Of a stretch of DNA of 64,000 nt, positions 15,001-30,000 are shown in pieces. The stretch is from Eledone cirrhosa (lineage: Eukaryota). A program made the translations under genes and the position numbers. The notes beneath the pieces are model-generated. The model saw nothing but the letters and a program-made list of their open reading frames with translations. It was not told where the DNA came from and did no database searches. The stretch is taken from the NCBI GenBank assembly GCA_964016885.1, contig OZ024745.1, forward strand, positions 9,858,001 to 9,922,000, read 5' to 3'. The first letter of the stretch is position 1; every line of letters starts with the position of its first letter.

Positions 15001-18000
15001 ATGTAATCCCAGTATATATCCAAGACATGGTCACTTGACCTCTGTAATCCCAGTACATAACCAAGACATGGTCACTTGACCAGTGTAATCCCAGTATATA
15101 ACCAAGACATGGTCACTTGACCTCTGTAATCCCAGTATATAACCAAGACAGTCTCACTTGACCAGTGTAATCCCAGTATATAACCAAGACATGGTCACTT
15201 AACCAGTGTAATCCCAGTATATAACCAAGACATGGTCACTTGACCAGTGTAATCCCAGTATATATCCAAGACATGGTCATTTGATCTCTGTAATCCCAGT
15301 ATATAACCAAGACATGGTCACTTGACCAGTGTAATCCCAGTATATAACCATACCATGGTCACTTGACCAGTGTAATCCCAGTATATATCCAAGACATGGT
15401 CACTTGACCAGTGTAATCCCAGTATATAACCAAGACATGGTCACTTGACCAGTGTAATCCCAGTATATAACCAAGACATGGTCACTTGACCTGTAATCCC
15501 AGTATATATCCAAGACATGGTCACTTGACCAGTGTAATCCCAGTATATAACCAAGACATGGTCACTTGACCTCTGTAATCCCAGTATATAACCAAGACAT
15601 GGTCACTTGACCTCTGTAATCCCAGTATATATCCAAGACATGGTCACTTGACCAGTGTATTCCCAGTATATAACCAAGACATGGTCACTTGACCTCTGTA
15701 ATCCCAGTATATAACCAAGACATGGTCACTTGACCTCTGTAATCCCAGTATATAACCAAGACATGGTCACTTGACCTCTGTAATCCCAGTATATATCCAA
15801 GACATGGCCACTTGACCTCTGTAATCCCAGTATATAACCAAGACATTGTCACCTGACCTCTGTAATCCCAGTATATAACCAAGACATGGTCACTTGACCT
15901 CTGTAATCCCAGTATATAACCAAGACATGGTCACTTGACCTCTGTAATCCCAGTATATATCCAAGGCATGGTCACTTGACCAGTGTAATCCCAGTATATA
16001 ACCAAGACATGGTCACTTGACCTCTGTAATCCCAGTATATAACCAAGACATGGTCACTTGACCTCTGTAATCCCAGTATATATCCAAGACAGTCTCACTT
16101 GACCTATGTAATCCCAGTATATATCCAAGACATGGTCACTTGACCTCTGTAATCCCAGTATATATCCAAGACATGGCCACTTGACCTCTGTAATCCCAGT
16201 ATATAACCAAGACATTGTCACCTGACCTCTGTAATCCCAGTATATAACCAAGACATGGTCACTTGACCTCTGTAATCCCAGTATATATCCAAGACATGGT
16301 CACTTGACCTCTGTAATGCCAGTATATATCCAAGACATGGTCACTTGACCAGTGTAATCCCAGTATATAACCAAGACATGGTCACTTGACCTCTGTAATC
16401 CCAGTATATAACCAAGACATGATCACTTGACCTCTGTAATCCCAGTATATAACCAAGACATGGTCACTTGACCTCTGTAATCCCAGTATATAACCAAGAC
16501 ATGGTCACTTGACCTCTGTAATCCCAGTATATATCCAAGACATGGTCACTTGACCTCTGTAATCCCAGTATATAACCAAGACATTGTCACCTGACCTCTG
16601 TAATCCCAGTATATAACCAAGACATGGTCACTTGACCTCTGTAATCCCAGTATATATCCAAGACATGGTCACTTGACCTCTGTAATCCCAGTATATAACC
16701 AAGACATTGTCACCTGACCTCTGTAATCCCAGTATATAACCAAGACATTGTCACCTGACCTCTGTAATCCCAGTATATATCCAAGACATGGTCACTTGAC
16801 CTCTGTAATCCCAGTATATATCCAAGACATGGTCACTTGAACTCTGTAATCCCAGTATATAACCAAGACATGGCCACTTGACCAGTGTAATCCCAGTATA
16901 TAACCAAGACATGGTCACTTGACCTCTGTTATCCCAGTATATAACCAAGACATGGTCACTTGACCTCTGTAATCCCAGTATATAACCAAGACATGGCCAC
17001 TTGACCAGTGTAATCCCAGTATATAACCAAGACATGGTCACTTGACCAGTGTAATCCCAGTATATATCCAAGACAGTCTCACTTGACCTCTGTAATCCCA
17101 GTATATATCCAAGACATGGTCACTTGACCTCTGTAATCCCAGTATATAACCAAGACATGGTCACTTGACCTGTGTTATCCCAGTATATATCCAAGACATG
17201 GTCACTTGACCTCTGTTATCCCAGTATATAACCAAGACATGGTCACTTGACCTCTGTTATCCCAGTATATAACCAAGACATGGTCACTTGACCTGTGTAA
17301 TCCCAGTATATAACCAAGACATGGTCACTTGACCTCTGTAATCCCAGTATATAACCAAGACATGGTCACTTGACCTCTGTAATCCCAGTATATAACCAAG
17401 ACATTGTCACCTGACCTCTGTAATCCCAGTATATAACCAAGACATTGTCACCTGACCTCTGTAATCCCAGTATATATCCAAGACATGGTCACTTGACCTC
17501 TGTAATCCCAGTATATATCCAAGACATGGTCACTTGAACTCTGTAATCCCAGTATATAACCAAGACATGGCCACTTGACCAGTGTAATCCCAGTATATAA
17601 CCAAGACATGGTCACTTGACCTCTGTTATCCCAGTATATAACCAAGACATGGTCACTTGACCTCTGTAATCCCAGTATATAACCAAGACAGTATCACTTG
17701 ACCAGTGTAATCCCAGTATATAACCAAGACATGGTCACTTGACCAGTGTAATCCCAGTATATAACCAAGACATGGTCACTTGACCAGTGTAATCCCAGTA
17801 TATATCCAAGACATGGTCATTTGATCTCTGTAATCCCAGTATATAACCAAGACATGGTCACTTGACCAGTGTAATCCCAGTATATAACCATACCATGGTC
17901 ACTTGACCAGTGTAATCCCAGTATATATCCAAGACATGGTCACTTGACCAGTGTAATCCCAGTATATAACCAAGACATGGTCACTTGACCAGTGTAATCC

Positions 18001-21000
18001 CAGTATATAACCAAGACATGGTCACTTGACCTGTAATCCCAGTATATATCCAAGACATGGTCACTTGACCAGTGTAATCCCAGTATATAACCAAGACATG
18101 GTCACTTGACCTCTGTAATCCCAGTATATATCCAAGACATGGTCACTTGACCTCTGTAATCCCAGTATATAACCAAGACAGTCTCACTTGACCTCTGTAA
18201 TCCCAGTATATAACCAAGACATGGTCACTTGACCTCTGTAATCCCAGTATATAACCAAGACATGGTCACTTGACCTCTGTAATCCCAGTATATATCCAAG
18301 ACATGGTCACTTGACCTCTGTAATCCCAGTATATATCCAAGACATGGTCACTTGACCAGTGTAATCCCAGTATATAACCAAGACAGTCTCACTTGACCTC
18401 TGTAATCCCAGTATATAACCAAGACATGGTCACTTGACCTCTGTAATCCCAGTATATAACCAAGACATGGTCACTTGACCTCTGTAATCCCAGTATATAT
18501 CCAAGACATGGTCACTTGACCAGTGTATTCCCAGTATATAACCAAGACATGGTCACTTGACCTCTGTAATCCCAGTATATAACCAAGACATGGTCACTTG
18601 ACCTCTGTAATCCCAGTATATAACCAAGACATGGTCACTTGACCTCTGTAATCCCAGTATATATCCAAGACATGGCCACTTGACCTCTGTAATCCCAGTA
18701 TATAACCAAGACATTGTCACCTGACCTCTGTAATCCCAGTATATAACCAAGACATGGTCACTTGACCTCTGTAATCCCAGTATATAACCAAGACATGGTC
18801 ACTTGACCTCTGTAATCCCAGTATATATCCAAGGCATGGTCACTTGACCAGTGTAATCCCAGTATATAACCAAGACATGGTCACTTGACCTCTGTAATCC
18901 CAGTATATAACCAAGACATGGTCACTTGACCTCTGTAATCCCAGTATATATCCAAGACAGTCTCACTTGACCTATGTAATCCCAGTATATATCCAAGACA
19001 TGGTCACTTGACCTCTGTAATCCCAGTATATATCCAAGACATGGCCACTTGACCTCTGTAATCCCAGTATATAACCAAGACATTGTCACCTGACCTCTGT
19101 AATCCCAGTATATAACCAAGACATGGTCACTTGACCTCTGTAATCCCAGTATATATCCAAGACATGGTCACTTGACCTCTGTAATGCCAGTATATATCCA
19201 AGACATGGTCACTTGAACTCTGTAATCCCAGTATATAACCAAGACATGGCCACTTGACCAGTGTAATCCCAGTATATAACCAAGACATGGCCACTTGACC
19301 AGTGTAATCCCAGTATATAACCAAGACATGGTCACTTGACCTCTGTAATCCCAGTATATATCCAAGACAGTCTCACTTGACCAGTGTAATCCCAGTATAT
19401 ATCCAAGACAGTCTCACTTGACCAGTGTAATCCCAGTATATATCCAAGACATGGTCACTTGACCTCTGTAATCCCAGTATATAACCAAGACATGGTCACT
19501 TGACCTGTGTAATCCCAGTATATATCCAAGACATGGTCACTTGACCAGTGTAATCCCAGTATATAACCAAGACATGGTCACTTGACCTCTGTTATCCCAG
19601 TATATAACCAAGACATGGTCACTTGACCTCTGTAATCCCAGTATATAACCAAGACAGTATAACTTGACCAGTGTAATCCCAGTATATAACCAAGACATGG
19701 TCACTTGACCAGTGTAATCCCAGTATATAACCAAGACATGGTCACTTGACCAGTGTAATCCCAGTATATATCCAAGACATGGTCATTTGATCTCTGTAAT
19801 CCCAGTATATAACCAAGACATGGTCACTTGACCAGTGTAATCCCAGTATATAACCATACCATGGTCACTTGACCAGTGTAATCCCAGTATATATCCAAGA
19901 CATGGTCACTTGACCAGTGTAATCCCAGTATATAACCAAGACATGGTCACTTGACCAGTGTAATCCCAGTATATAACCAAGACATGGTCACTTGACCTGT
20001 AATCCCAGTATATATCCAAGACATGGTCACTTGACCAGTGTAATCCCAGTATATAACCAAGACATGGTCACTTGACCTCTGTAATCCCAGTATATATCCA
20101 AGACATGGTCACTTGACCTCTGTAATCCCAGTATATAACCAAGACAGTCTCACTTGACCTCTGTAATCCCAGTATATAACCAAGACATGGTCACTTGACC
20201 TCTGTAATCCCAGTATATAACCAAGACATGGTCACTTGACCTCTGTAATCCCAGTATATATCCAAGACATGGTCACTTGACCAGTGTATTCCCAGTATAT
20301 AACCAAGACATGGTCACTTGACCTCTGTAATCCCAGTATATAACCAAGACATGGTCACTTGACCTCTGTAATCCCAGTATATAACCAAGACATGGTCACT
20401 TGACCTCTGTAATCCCAGTATATATCCAAGACATGGCCACTTGACCTCTGTAATCCCAGTATATAACCAAGACATTGTCACCTGACCTCTGTAATCCCAG
20501 TATATAACCAAGACATGGTCACTTGACCTCTGTAATCCCAGTATATAACCAAGACATGGTCACTTGACCTCTGTAATCCCAGTATATATCCAAGGCATGG
20601 TCACTTGACCAGTGTAATCCCAGTATATAACCAAGACATGGTCACTTGACCTCTGTAATCCCAGTATATAACCAAGACATGGTCACTTGACCTCTGTAAT
20701 CCCAGTATATATCCAAGACAGTCTCACTTGACCTATGTAATCCCAGTATATATCCAAGACATGGTCACTTGACCTCTGTAATCCCAGTACATAACCAAGA
20801 CATGGTCACTTGACCAGTGTAATCCCAGTATATAACCAAGACATGGTCACTTGACCTCTGTAATCCCAGTATATAACCAAGACAGTCTCACTTGACCAGT
20901 GTAATCCCAGTATATAACCAAGACATGGTCACTTGACCAGTGTAATCCCAGTATATAACCAAGACATGGTCACTTGACCAGTGTAATCCCAGTATATAAC

Positions 21001-24000
21001 CAAGACATGGTCACTTGACCTCCGTAATCCCGGTATATAACCAAGACAGTATCACTTGACCAGTGTAATCCCAGTATATAACCAAGACATGGTCACTTGA
21101 CTTCTGTAATCCCAGTATATAACCAAGACATGGTCACTTGACCAGTGTAATCCCAGTATATATCCAAGACATGGTCACTTGACCTCTGTAATCCCAGTAT
21201 ATAACCAAGACATGGTCACTTGACCAGTGTAATCCCAGTATATATCCAAGACATGGTCACTTGACCTCTGTAATCCCAGTATATAACCAAGACATGGTCA
21301 CTTGACCAGTGTAATCCCAGTATATAACCAAGACATGGTCATTTGACGAGTGTAATCCCAGTATATAACGAAGACATGGTCACTTGACCAGTGTAATCCC
21401 AGTATATAACGAAGACATGGTCACTTGACCAGTGTAATCCCAGTATATAACCAAGACATGGTCACTGACCTCTGTAATCCAAGTATATAACCAAGACATG
21501 GTCACTTCACCTCTGTAATCCCAGTATATATCCAAGACATGGTCACTTGACCAGTGTAATCCCAGTATATAACCAAGACATGGTCACTTGACCTCTGTAA
21601 TCCCAGTATATATCCAAGACATGGTCACTGACCTCTGTAATCCAAGTATATAACCAAGACATGGTCACTTCACCTCTGTAATCCCAGTATATATCCAAGA
21701 CATGGTCACTTGACCAGTGTAATCCCAGTATATAACCAAGACATGGTCACTTGACCTCTGTAATCCCAGTATATAACCAAGACATGGTCACTTGACCAGT
21801 GTAATCTCAGTATATAACCAAGACAGTCTCACTTGACCAGTGTAATCCCAGTATATAACCAAGACATGGTCACTTGACCTCTGTAATCCCAGTATATATC
21901 CAAGACAGTCTCACTTGACCTATGTAATCCCAGTATATATCCAAGACATGGTCACTTGACCAGTGTAATCCCAGTATATAACCAAGACATGGTCACTTGA
22001 CCTCTGTAATCCCAGTATATATCCAAGACATGGTCACTGACCTCTGTAATCCAAGTATATAACCAAGACATGGTCACTTCACCTCTGTAATCCCAGTATA
22101 TATCCAAGACATGGTCACTTGACCAGTGTAATCCCAGTATATATCCAAGACAGTCTCACTTGACCTCTGTAATCCCAGTATATATCCAAGACATCGTCAC
22201 TTGACCTCTGTAATCCCAGTATATAACCAAGACATGGTCACTTGACCTCTGTAATCCCAGTATATAACCAAGACATGGTCACTTGACCGCTGTTATCCCA
22301 GTATATAACCAAGACATGGTCACTTGACCTCTGTAATCCCAGTATATAACCAAGACAGTATCACTTGACCAGTGTAATCCCAGTATATAACCAAGACATG
22401 GTCACTTGACCAGTGTAATCCCAGTATATAACCAAGACATGGTCACTTGACCTCTGTAATCCCAGTATATAACCAAGACAGTATCACTTGACCAGTGTAA
22501 TCCCAGTATATAACCAAGACATGGTCACTTGACTTCTGTAATCCCAGTATATAACCAAGACATGGTCACTTAACTTCTGTAATCCCAGTATATAACCAAG
22601 ACATGGTCACTTGACCTCTGTAATCCCAGTATATAACCAAGACATGGTCACTTGACCAGTGTAATCCCAGTATATAACCAAGACATGGTCACTTGACCTC
22701 TGTAATCCCAGTATATAACCAAGACATGGTCACTTGACCTCTGTAATCCCAGTATATAACCAAGACATGGTCACTTGACCTCTGTAATCCCAGTATATAA
22801 CCAAGACATGGTCACTTGACCTCTGTAATCCCAGTATATAACCAAGACATGGTCACTTGACCAGTGTAATCCCAGTATATAACCAAGACATGGTCACTTG
22901 ACCTCTGTAATCCCAGTATATAACCAAGAAGTGGTCACTTGACCTCTGTAATCCCAGTATATAACCAAGACAGTATCACTTGACCAGTGTAATCCCAGTA
23001 TATAACCAAGACATGGTCACTTGACTTCTGTAATCCCAGTATATAACCAAGACAGTCTCACTTGACCAGTGTAATCCCAGTATATAACCAATACATGGTC
23101 ACTTGACCTCTGTAATCCCAGTATATAACCAAGACATGGTCACTTGACCAGTGTAATCCCAGTATATATCCAAGACATGGTCACTTGACCTCTGTAATCC
23201 CAGTATATAACCAAGACATGGTCACTTGACCAGTGTAATCCCAGTATATAACCAAGACATGGTCATTTGACCAGTGTAATCCCAGTATATAACGAAGACA
23301 TGGTCACTTGACCAGTGTAATCCCAGTATATAACGAAGACATGGTCACTTGACCAGTGTAATCCCAGTATATATCCAAGACATAGTCACTGACCTCTGTA
23401 ATCCAAGTATATAACCAAGACATGGTCACTTCACCTCTGTAATCCCAGTATATATCCAAGACATGGTCACTTGACCAGTGTAATCCCAGTATATATCCAA
23501 GACATGGTCACTTGACCAGTGTAATCCCAGTATATAACCAAGACATGGTCACTTGACCTCTGTAATCCCAGTATATATGCAAGACATGATCACTTGACCA
23601 GTGTAATCTCAGTATATAACCAAGACAGTCTCACTTGACCAGTGTAATCCCAGTATATAACCAAGACATGGTCACTTGACCTCTGTAATCCCAGTATATA
23701 TCCAAGACATGGTCACTTGACCTCTGTAATCCCAGTATATAACCAAGACATGGTCACTTGACCTCTGTAATCCCAGTATATATCCAAGACAGTCTCACTT
23801 GACCTATGTAATCCCAGTATATAACCAAGACATGGTCACTTGACCAGTGTAATCCCAGTATATAACCAAGACATGGTCACTTGACCAGTGTAATCCCAGT
23901 ATATAATCAAGGCATGGTCACTTGACCAGTGTAATCCCAGTATATAACCAAGACATGGTCACTTGACCAATATATATCCAAGACAGTCTCACTTGACCTC

Positions 24001-27000
24001 TGTAATCCCAGTATATAACCAAGACATGGTCACTTGACCAGTGTAATCCCAGTATATATCCAAGACATGGTCACTTGATCTCTGTAATCCCAGTATATAA
24101 CCAAGACATGGTCACTTGACCAGTGTAATCCCAGTATATAACCAAGACATGGTCACTTGACCTCTGTAATCCCAGTATATAACCAAGACATGGTCACTTG
24201 ACCTCTGTAATCCCAGTATATAACCAAGACATGGTCACTTCACCAGTGTAATCCCAGTATATATCCAAGACATGGTCACTTGACCTCTGTAATCCCAGTA
24301 TATAACCAAGACATGGTCACTTGACCTCTGTAATCCCAGTATATAACCAAGACATGGTCACTTGACCTCTGTAATCCCAGTATATATCCAAGACAGTCTC
24401 ACTTGACCTATGTAATCCCAGTATATAACCAAGACATGGTCACTTGACCAGTGTAATCCCAGTATATAACCAAGACAGTCTCACTTGACCTCTGTAATCC
24501 CAGTATATAACCAAGACAGTCTCACTTGACCTATGTAATCCCAGTATATAACCAAGACATGGTCACTTAACCAGTGTAATCCCAGTATATAACCAAGACA
24601 TGGTCACTTGCCTCTGTAATCCCAGTATATATCCAAGACATGGTCACTTGACCAGTGTAATCCCAGTATAAAACCAAGACATGGTCACTTGACCAGTGTA
24701 ATCCCAGTATATAACCAAGACATGGTCACTTGACCTCTGTAATCCCAGTATATATCCAAGACATGGTCACTTGACCAGTGTAATCCCAGTATATATCCAA
24801 GACAGTCTCACTTGACCTCTGTAATCCCAGTATATATCCAAGACATCGTCACTTGACCTCTGTAATCCCAGTATATAACCAAGACATGGTCACTTGACCA
24901 GCGTAATCCCAGTATATATCCAAGACAGTCTCACTTGACCTCTGTAATCCCAGTATATATCCAAGACATGGTCACTTGACCTCTGTAATCCCAGTATATA
25001 ACCAAGACATGGTCACTTGACCTTTGTAATCCCAGTATATAACCAAGACATGGTCACTTGACCGCTGTTATCCCAGTATATAACCAAGACATGGTCACTT
25101 GACCTCTGTAATCCCAGTATATAACCAAGACAGTATCACTTGACCAGTGTAATCCCAGTATATAACCAAGACATGGTCACTTGACCAGTGTAATCCCAGT
25201 ATATAACCAAGACATGGTCACTTGACCTCTGTAATCCCAGTATATAACCAAGACAGTATCACTTGACCAGTGTAATCCCAGTATATAACCAAGACATGGT
25301 CACTTGACTTCTGTAATCCCAGTATATAACCAAGACATGGTCACTTGACCTCTGTAATCCCAGTATATAACCAAGACATGGTCACTTGACCAGTGTAATC
25401 CCAGTATATAACCAAGACATGGTCACTTGACCTCTGTAATCCCAGTATATAACCAAGACAGTATCACTTGACCAGTGTAATCCCAGTATATAACCAAGAC
25501 ATGGTCACTTGACCTCTGTAATCCCAGTATATAACAAAGACATGGTCACTTGACCAGTGTAATCCCAGTATATAACCATAACATGGTCACTTGACCAGTG
25601 TAATCCCAGTATATAACCAAGACATGGTCACTTGACTTCTGTAATCCCAGTATATAACCAAGACATGGTCACTTGACCTCTGTAATCCCAGTATATATCC
25701 AAGGCATGGTCACTTGACCAGTGTAATCCCAGTATATAACCAAGACATGGTCACTTGACCTCTGTAATCCCAGTATATAACCAAGACATGGTCACTTGAC
25801 CTCTGTAATCCCAGTATATATCCAAGACAGTCTCACTTGACCTATGTAATCCCAGTATATATCCAAGACATGGTCACTTGACCTCTGTAATCCCAGTATA
25901 TATCCAAGACATGGTCACTTGACCAGTGTAATCCCAGTATATAACCAAGACAGTCTCACTTGACCTCTGTAATCCCAGTATATAACCAAGACATGGTCAC
26001 TTGACCTCTGTAATCCCAGTATATAACCAAGACATGGTCACTTGACCTCTGTAATCCCAGTATATATCCAAGACATGGTCACTTGACCAGTGTATTCCCA
26101 GTATATAACCAAGACATGGTCACTTGACCTCTGTAATCCCAGTATATAACCAAGACATGGTCACTTGACCTCTGTAATCCCAGTATATAACCAAGACATG
26201 GTCACTTGACCTCTGTAATCCCAGTATATATCCAAGACATGGCCACTTGACCTCTGTAATCCCAGTATATAACCAAGACATTGTCACCTGACCTCTGTAA
26301 TCCCAGTATATAACCAAGACATGGTCACTTGACCTCTGTAATCCCAGTATATAACCAAGACATGGTCACTTGACCTCTGTAATCCCAGTATATATCCAAG
26401 GCATGGTCACTTGACCAGTGTAATCCCAGTATATAACCAAGACATGGTCACTTGACCTCTGTAATCCCAGTATATAACCAAGACATGGTCACTTGACCTC
26501 TGTAATCCCAGTATATATCCAAGACAGTCTCACTTGACCTATGTAATCCCAGTATATATCCAAGACATGGTCACTTGACCTCTGTAATCCCAGTATATAT
26601 CCAAGACATGGCCACTTGACCTCTGTAATCCCAGTATATAACCAAGACATTGTCACCTGACCTCTGTAATCCCAGTATATAACCAAGACATGGTCACTTG
26701 ACCTCTGTAATCCCAGTATATATCCAAGACATGGTCACTTGACCTCTGTAATGCCAGTATATATCCAAGACATGGTCACTTGAACTCTGTAATCCCAGTA
26801 TATAACCAAGACATGGCCACTTGACCAGTGTAATCCCAGTATATAACCAAGACATGGCCACTTGACCAGTGTAATCCCAGTATATAACCAAGACATGGTC
26901 ACTTGACCTCTGTAATCCCAGTATATATCCAAGACAGTCTCACTTGACCAGTGTAATCCCAGTATATATCCAAGACTGTCTCACTTGACCAGTGTAATCC

Positions 27001-30000
27001 CAGTATATATCCAAGACATGGTCACTTGACCTCTGTAATCCCAGTATATAACCAAGACATGGTCACTTGACCTGTGTAATCCCAGTATATATCCAAGACA
27101 TGGTCACTTGACCAGTGTAATCCCAGTATATAACCAAGACATGGTCACTTGACCTATGTTATCCCAGTATATAACCAAGACATGGTCACTTGACCTCTGT
27201 AATCCCAGTATATAACCAAGACAGTATCACTTGACCAGTGTAATCCCAGTATATAACCAAGACATGGTCACTTGACCAGTGTAATCCCAGTATATAACCA
27301 AGACATGGTCACTTGACCAGTGTAATCCCAGTATATATCCAAGACATGGTCATTTGATCTCTGTAATCCCAGTATATAACCAAGACATGGTCACTTGACC
27401 AGTGTAATCCCAGTATATAACCATACCATGGTCACTTGACCAGTGTAATCCCAGTATATATCCAAGACATGGTCACTTGACCAGTGTAATCCCAGTATAT
27501 AACCAAGACATGGTCACTTGACCAGTGTAATCCCAGTATATAACCAAGACATGGTCACTTGACCTGTAATCCCAGTATATATCCAAGACATGGTCACTTG
27601 ACCAGTGTAATCCCAGTATATAACCAAGACATGGTCACTTGACCTCTGTAATCCCAGTATATATCCAAGACATGGTCACTTGACCTCTGTAATCCCAGTA
27701 TATAACCAAGACAGTCTCACTTGACCTCTGTAATCCCAGTATATAACCAAGACATGGTCACTTGACCTCTGTAATCCCAGTATATAACCAAGACATGGTC
27801 ACTTGACCTCTGTAATCCCAGTATATATCCAAGACATGGTCACTTGACCAGTGTATTCCCAGTATATAACCAAGACATGGTCACTTGACCTCTGTAATCC
27901 CAGTATATAACCAAGACATGGTCACTTGACCTCTGTAATCCCAGTATATAACCAAGACATGGTCACTTGACCTCTGTAATCCCAGTATATATCCAAGACA
28001 TGGCCACTTGACCTCTGTAATCCCAGTATATAACCAAGACATTGTCACCTGACCTCTGTAATCCCAGTATATAACCAAGACATGGTCACTTGACCTCTGT
28101 AATCCCAGTATATAACCAAGACATGGTCACTTGACCTCTGTAATCCCAGTATATATCCAAGGCATGGTCACTTGACCAGTGTAATCCCAGTATATAACCA
28201 AGACATGGTCACTTGTCCTCTGTAATCCCAGTATATAACCAAGACATGGTCACTTGACCTCTGTAATCCCAGTATATATCCAAGACAGTCTCACTTGACC
28301 TATGTAATCCCAGTATATATCCAAGACATGGTCACTTGACCTCTGTAATCCCAGTACATAACCAAGACATGGTCACTTGACCAGTGTAATCCCAGTATAT
28401 AACCAAGACATGGTCACTTGACCTCTGTAATCCCAGTATATAACCAAGACAGTCTCACTTGACCAGTGTAATCCCAGTATATAACCAAGACATGGTCACT
28501 TGACCAGTGTAATCCCAGTATATAACCAAGACATGGTCACTTGACCAGTGTAATCCCAGTATATAACCAAGACATGGTCACTTGACCTCCGTAATCCCAG
28601 TATATAACCAAGACAGTATCACTTGACCAGTGTAATCCCAGTATATAACCAAGACATGGTCACTTGACTTCTGTAATCCCAGTATATAACCAAGACATGG
28701 TCACTTGACCAGTGTAATCCCAGTATATATCCAAGACATGGTCACTTGACCTCTGTAATCCCAGTATATAACCAAGACATGGTCACTTGACCAGTGTAAT
28801 CCCAGTATATAACCAAGACATGGTCATTTGACGAGTGTAATCCCAGTATATAACGAAGACATGGTCACTTGACCAGTGTAATCCCAGTATATAACGAAGA
28901 CATGGTCACTTGACCAGTGTAATCCCAGTATATAACCAAGACATGGTCACTGACCTCTGTAATCCAAGTATATAACCAAGACATGGTCACTTCACCTCTG
29001 TAATCCCAGTATATATCCAAGACATGGTCACTTGACCAGTGTAATCCCAGTATATAACCAAGACATGGTCACTTGACCTCTGTAATCCCAGTATATATCC
29101 AAGACATGGTCACTGACCTCTGTAATCCAAGTATATAACCAAGACATGGTCACTTCACCTCTGTAATCCCAGTATATATCCAAGACATGGTCACTTGACC
29201 TCTGTAATCCCAGTATATAACCAAGACATGGTCACTTGACCAGTGTAATCTCAGTATATAACCAAGACAGTCTCACTTGACCAGTGTAATCCCAGTATAT
29301 AACCAAGACATGGTCACTTGACCTCTGTAATCCCAGTATATATCCAAGACAGTCTCACTTGACCTATGTAATCCCAGTATATATCCAAGACATGGTCACT
29401 TGACCAGTGTAATCCCAGTATATAACCAAGACATGGTCACTTGACCTCTGTAATCCCAGTATATATCCAAGACATGGTCACTGACCTCTGTAATCCAAGT
29501 ATATAACCAAGACATGGTCACTTCACCTCTGTAATCCCAGTATATATCCAAGACATGGTCACTTGACCAGTGTAATCCCAGTATATATCCAAGACAGTCT
29601 CACTTGACCTCTGTAATCCCAGTATATATCCAAGACATCGTCACTTGACCTCTGTAATCCCAGTATATAACCAAGACATGGTCACTTGACCTCTGTAATC
29701 CCAGTATATAACCAAGACATGGTCACTTTACCGCTGTTATCCCAGTATATAACCAAGACATGGTCACTTGACCTCTGTAATCCCAGTATATAACCAAGAC
29801 AGTATCACTTGACCAGTGTAATCCCAGTATATAACCAAGACATGGTCACTTGACCAGTGTAATCCCAGTATATAACCAAGACATGGTCACTTGACCTCTG
29901 TAATCCCAGTATATAACCAAGACAGTATCACTTGACCAGTGTAATCCCAGTATATAACCAAGACATGGTCACTTGACTTCTGTAATCCCAGTATATAACC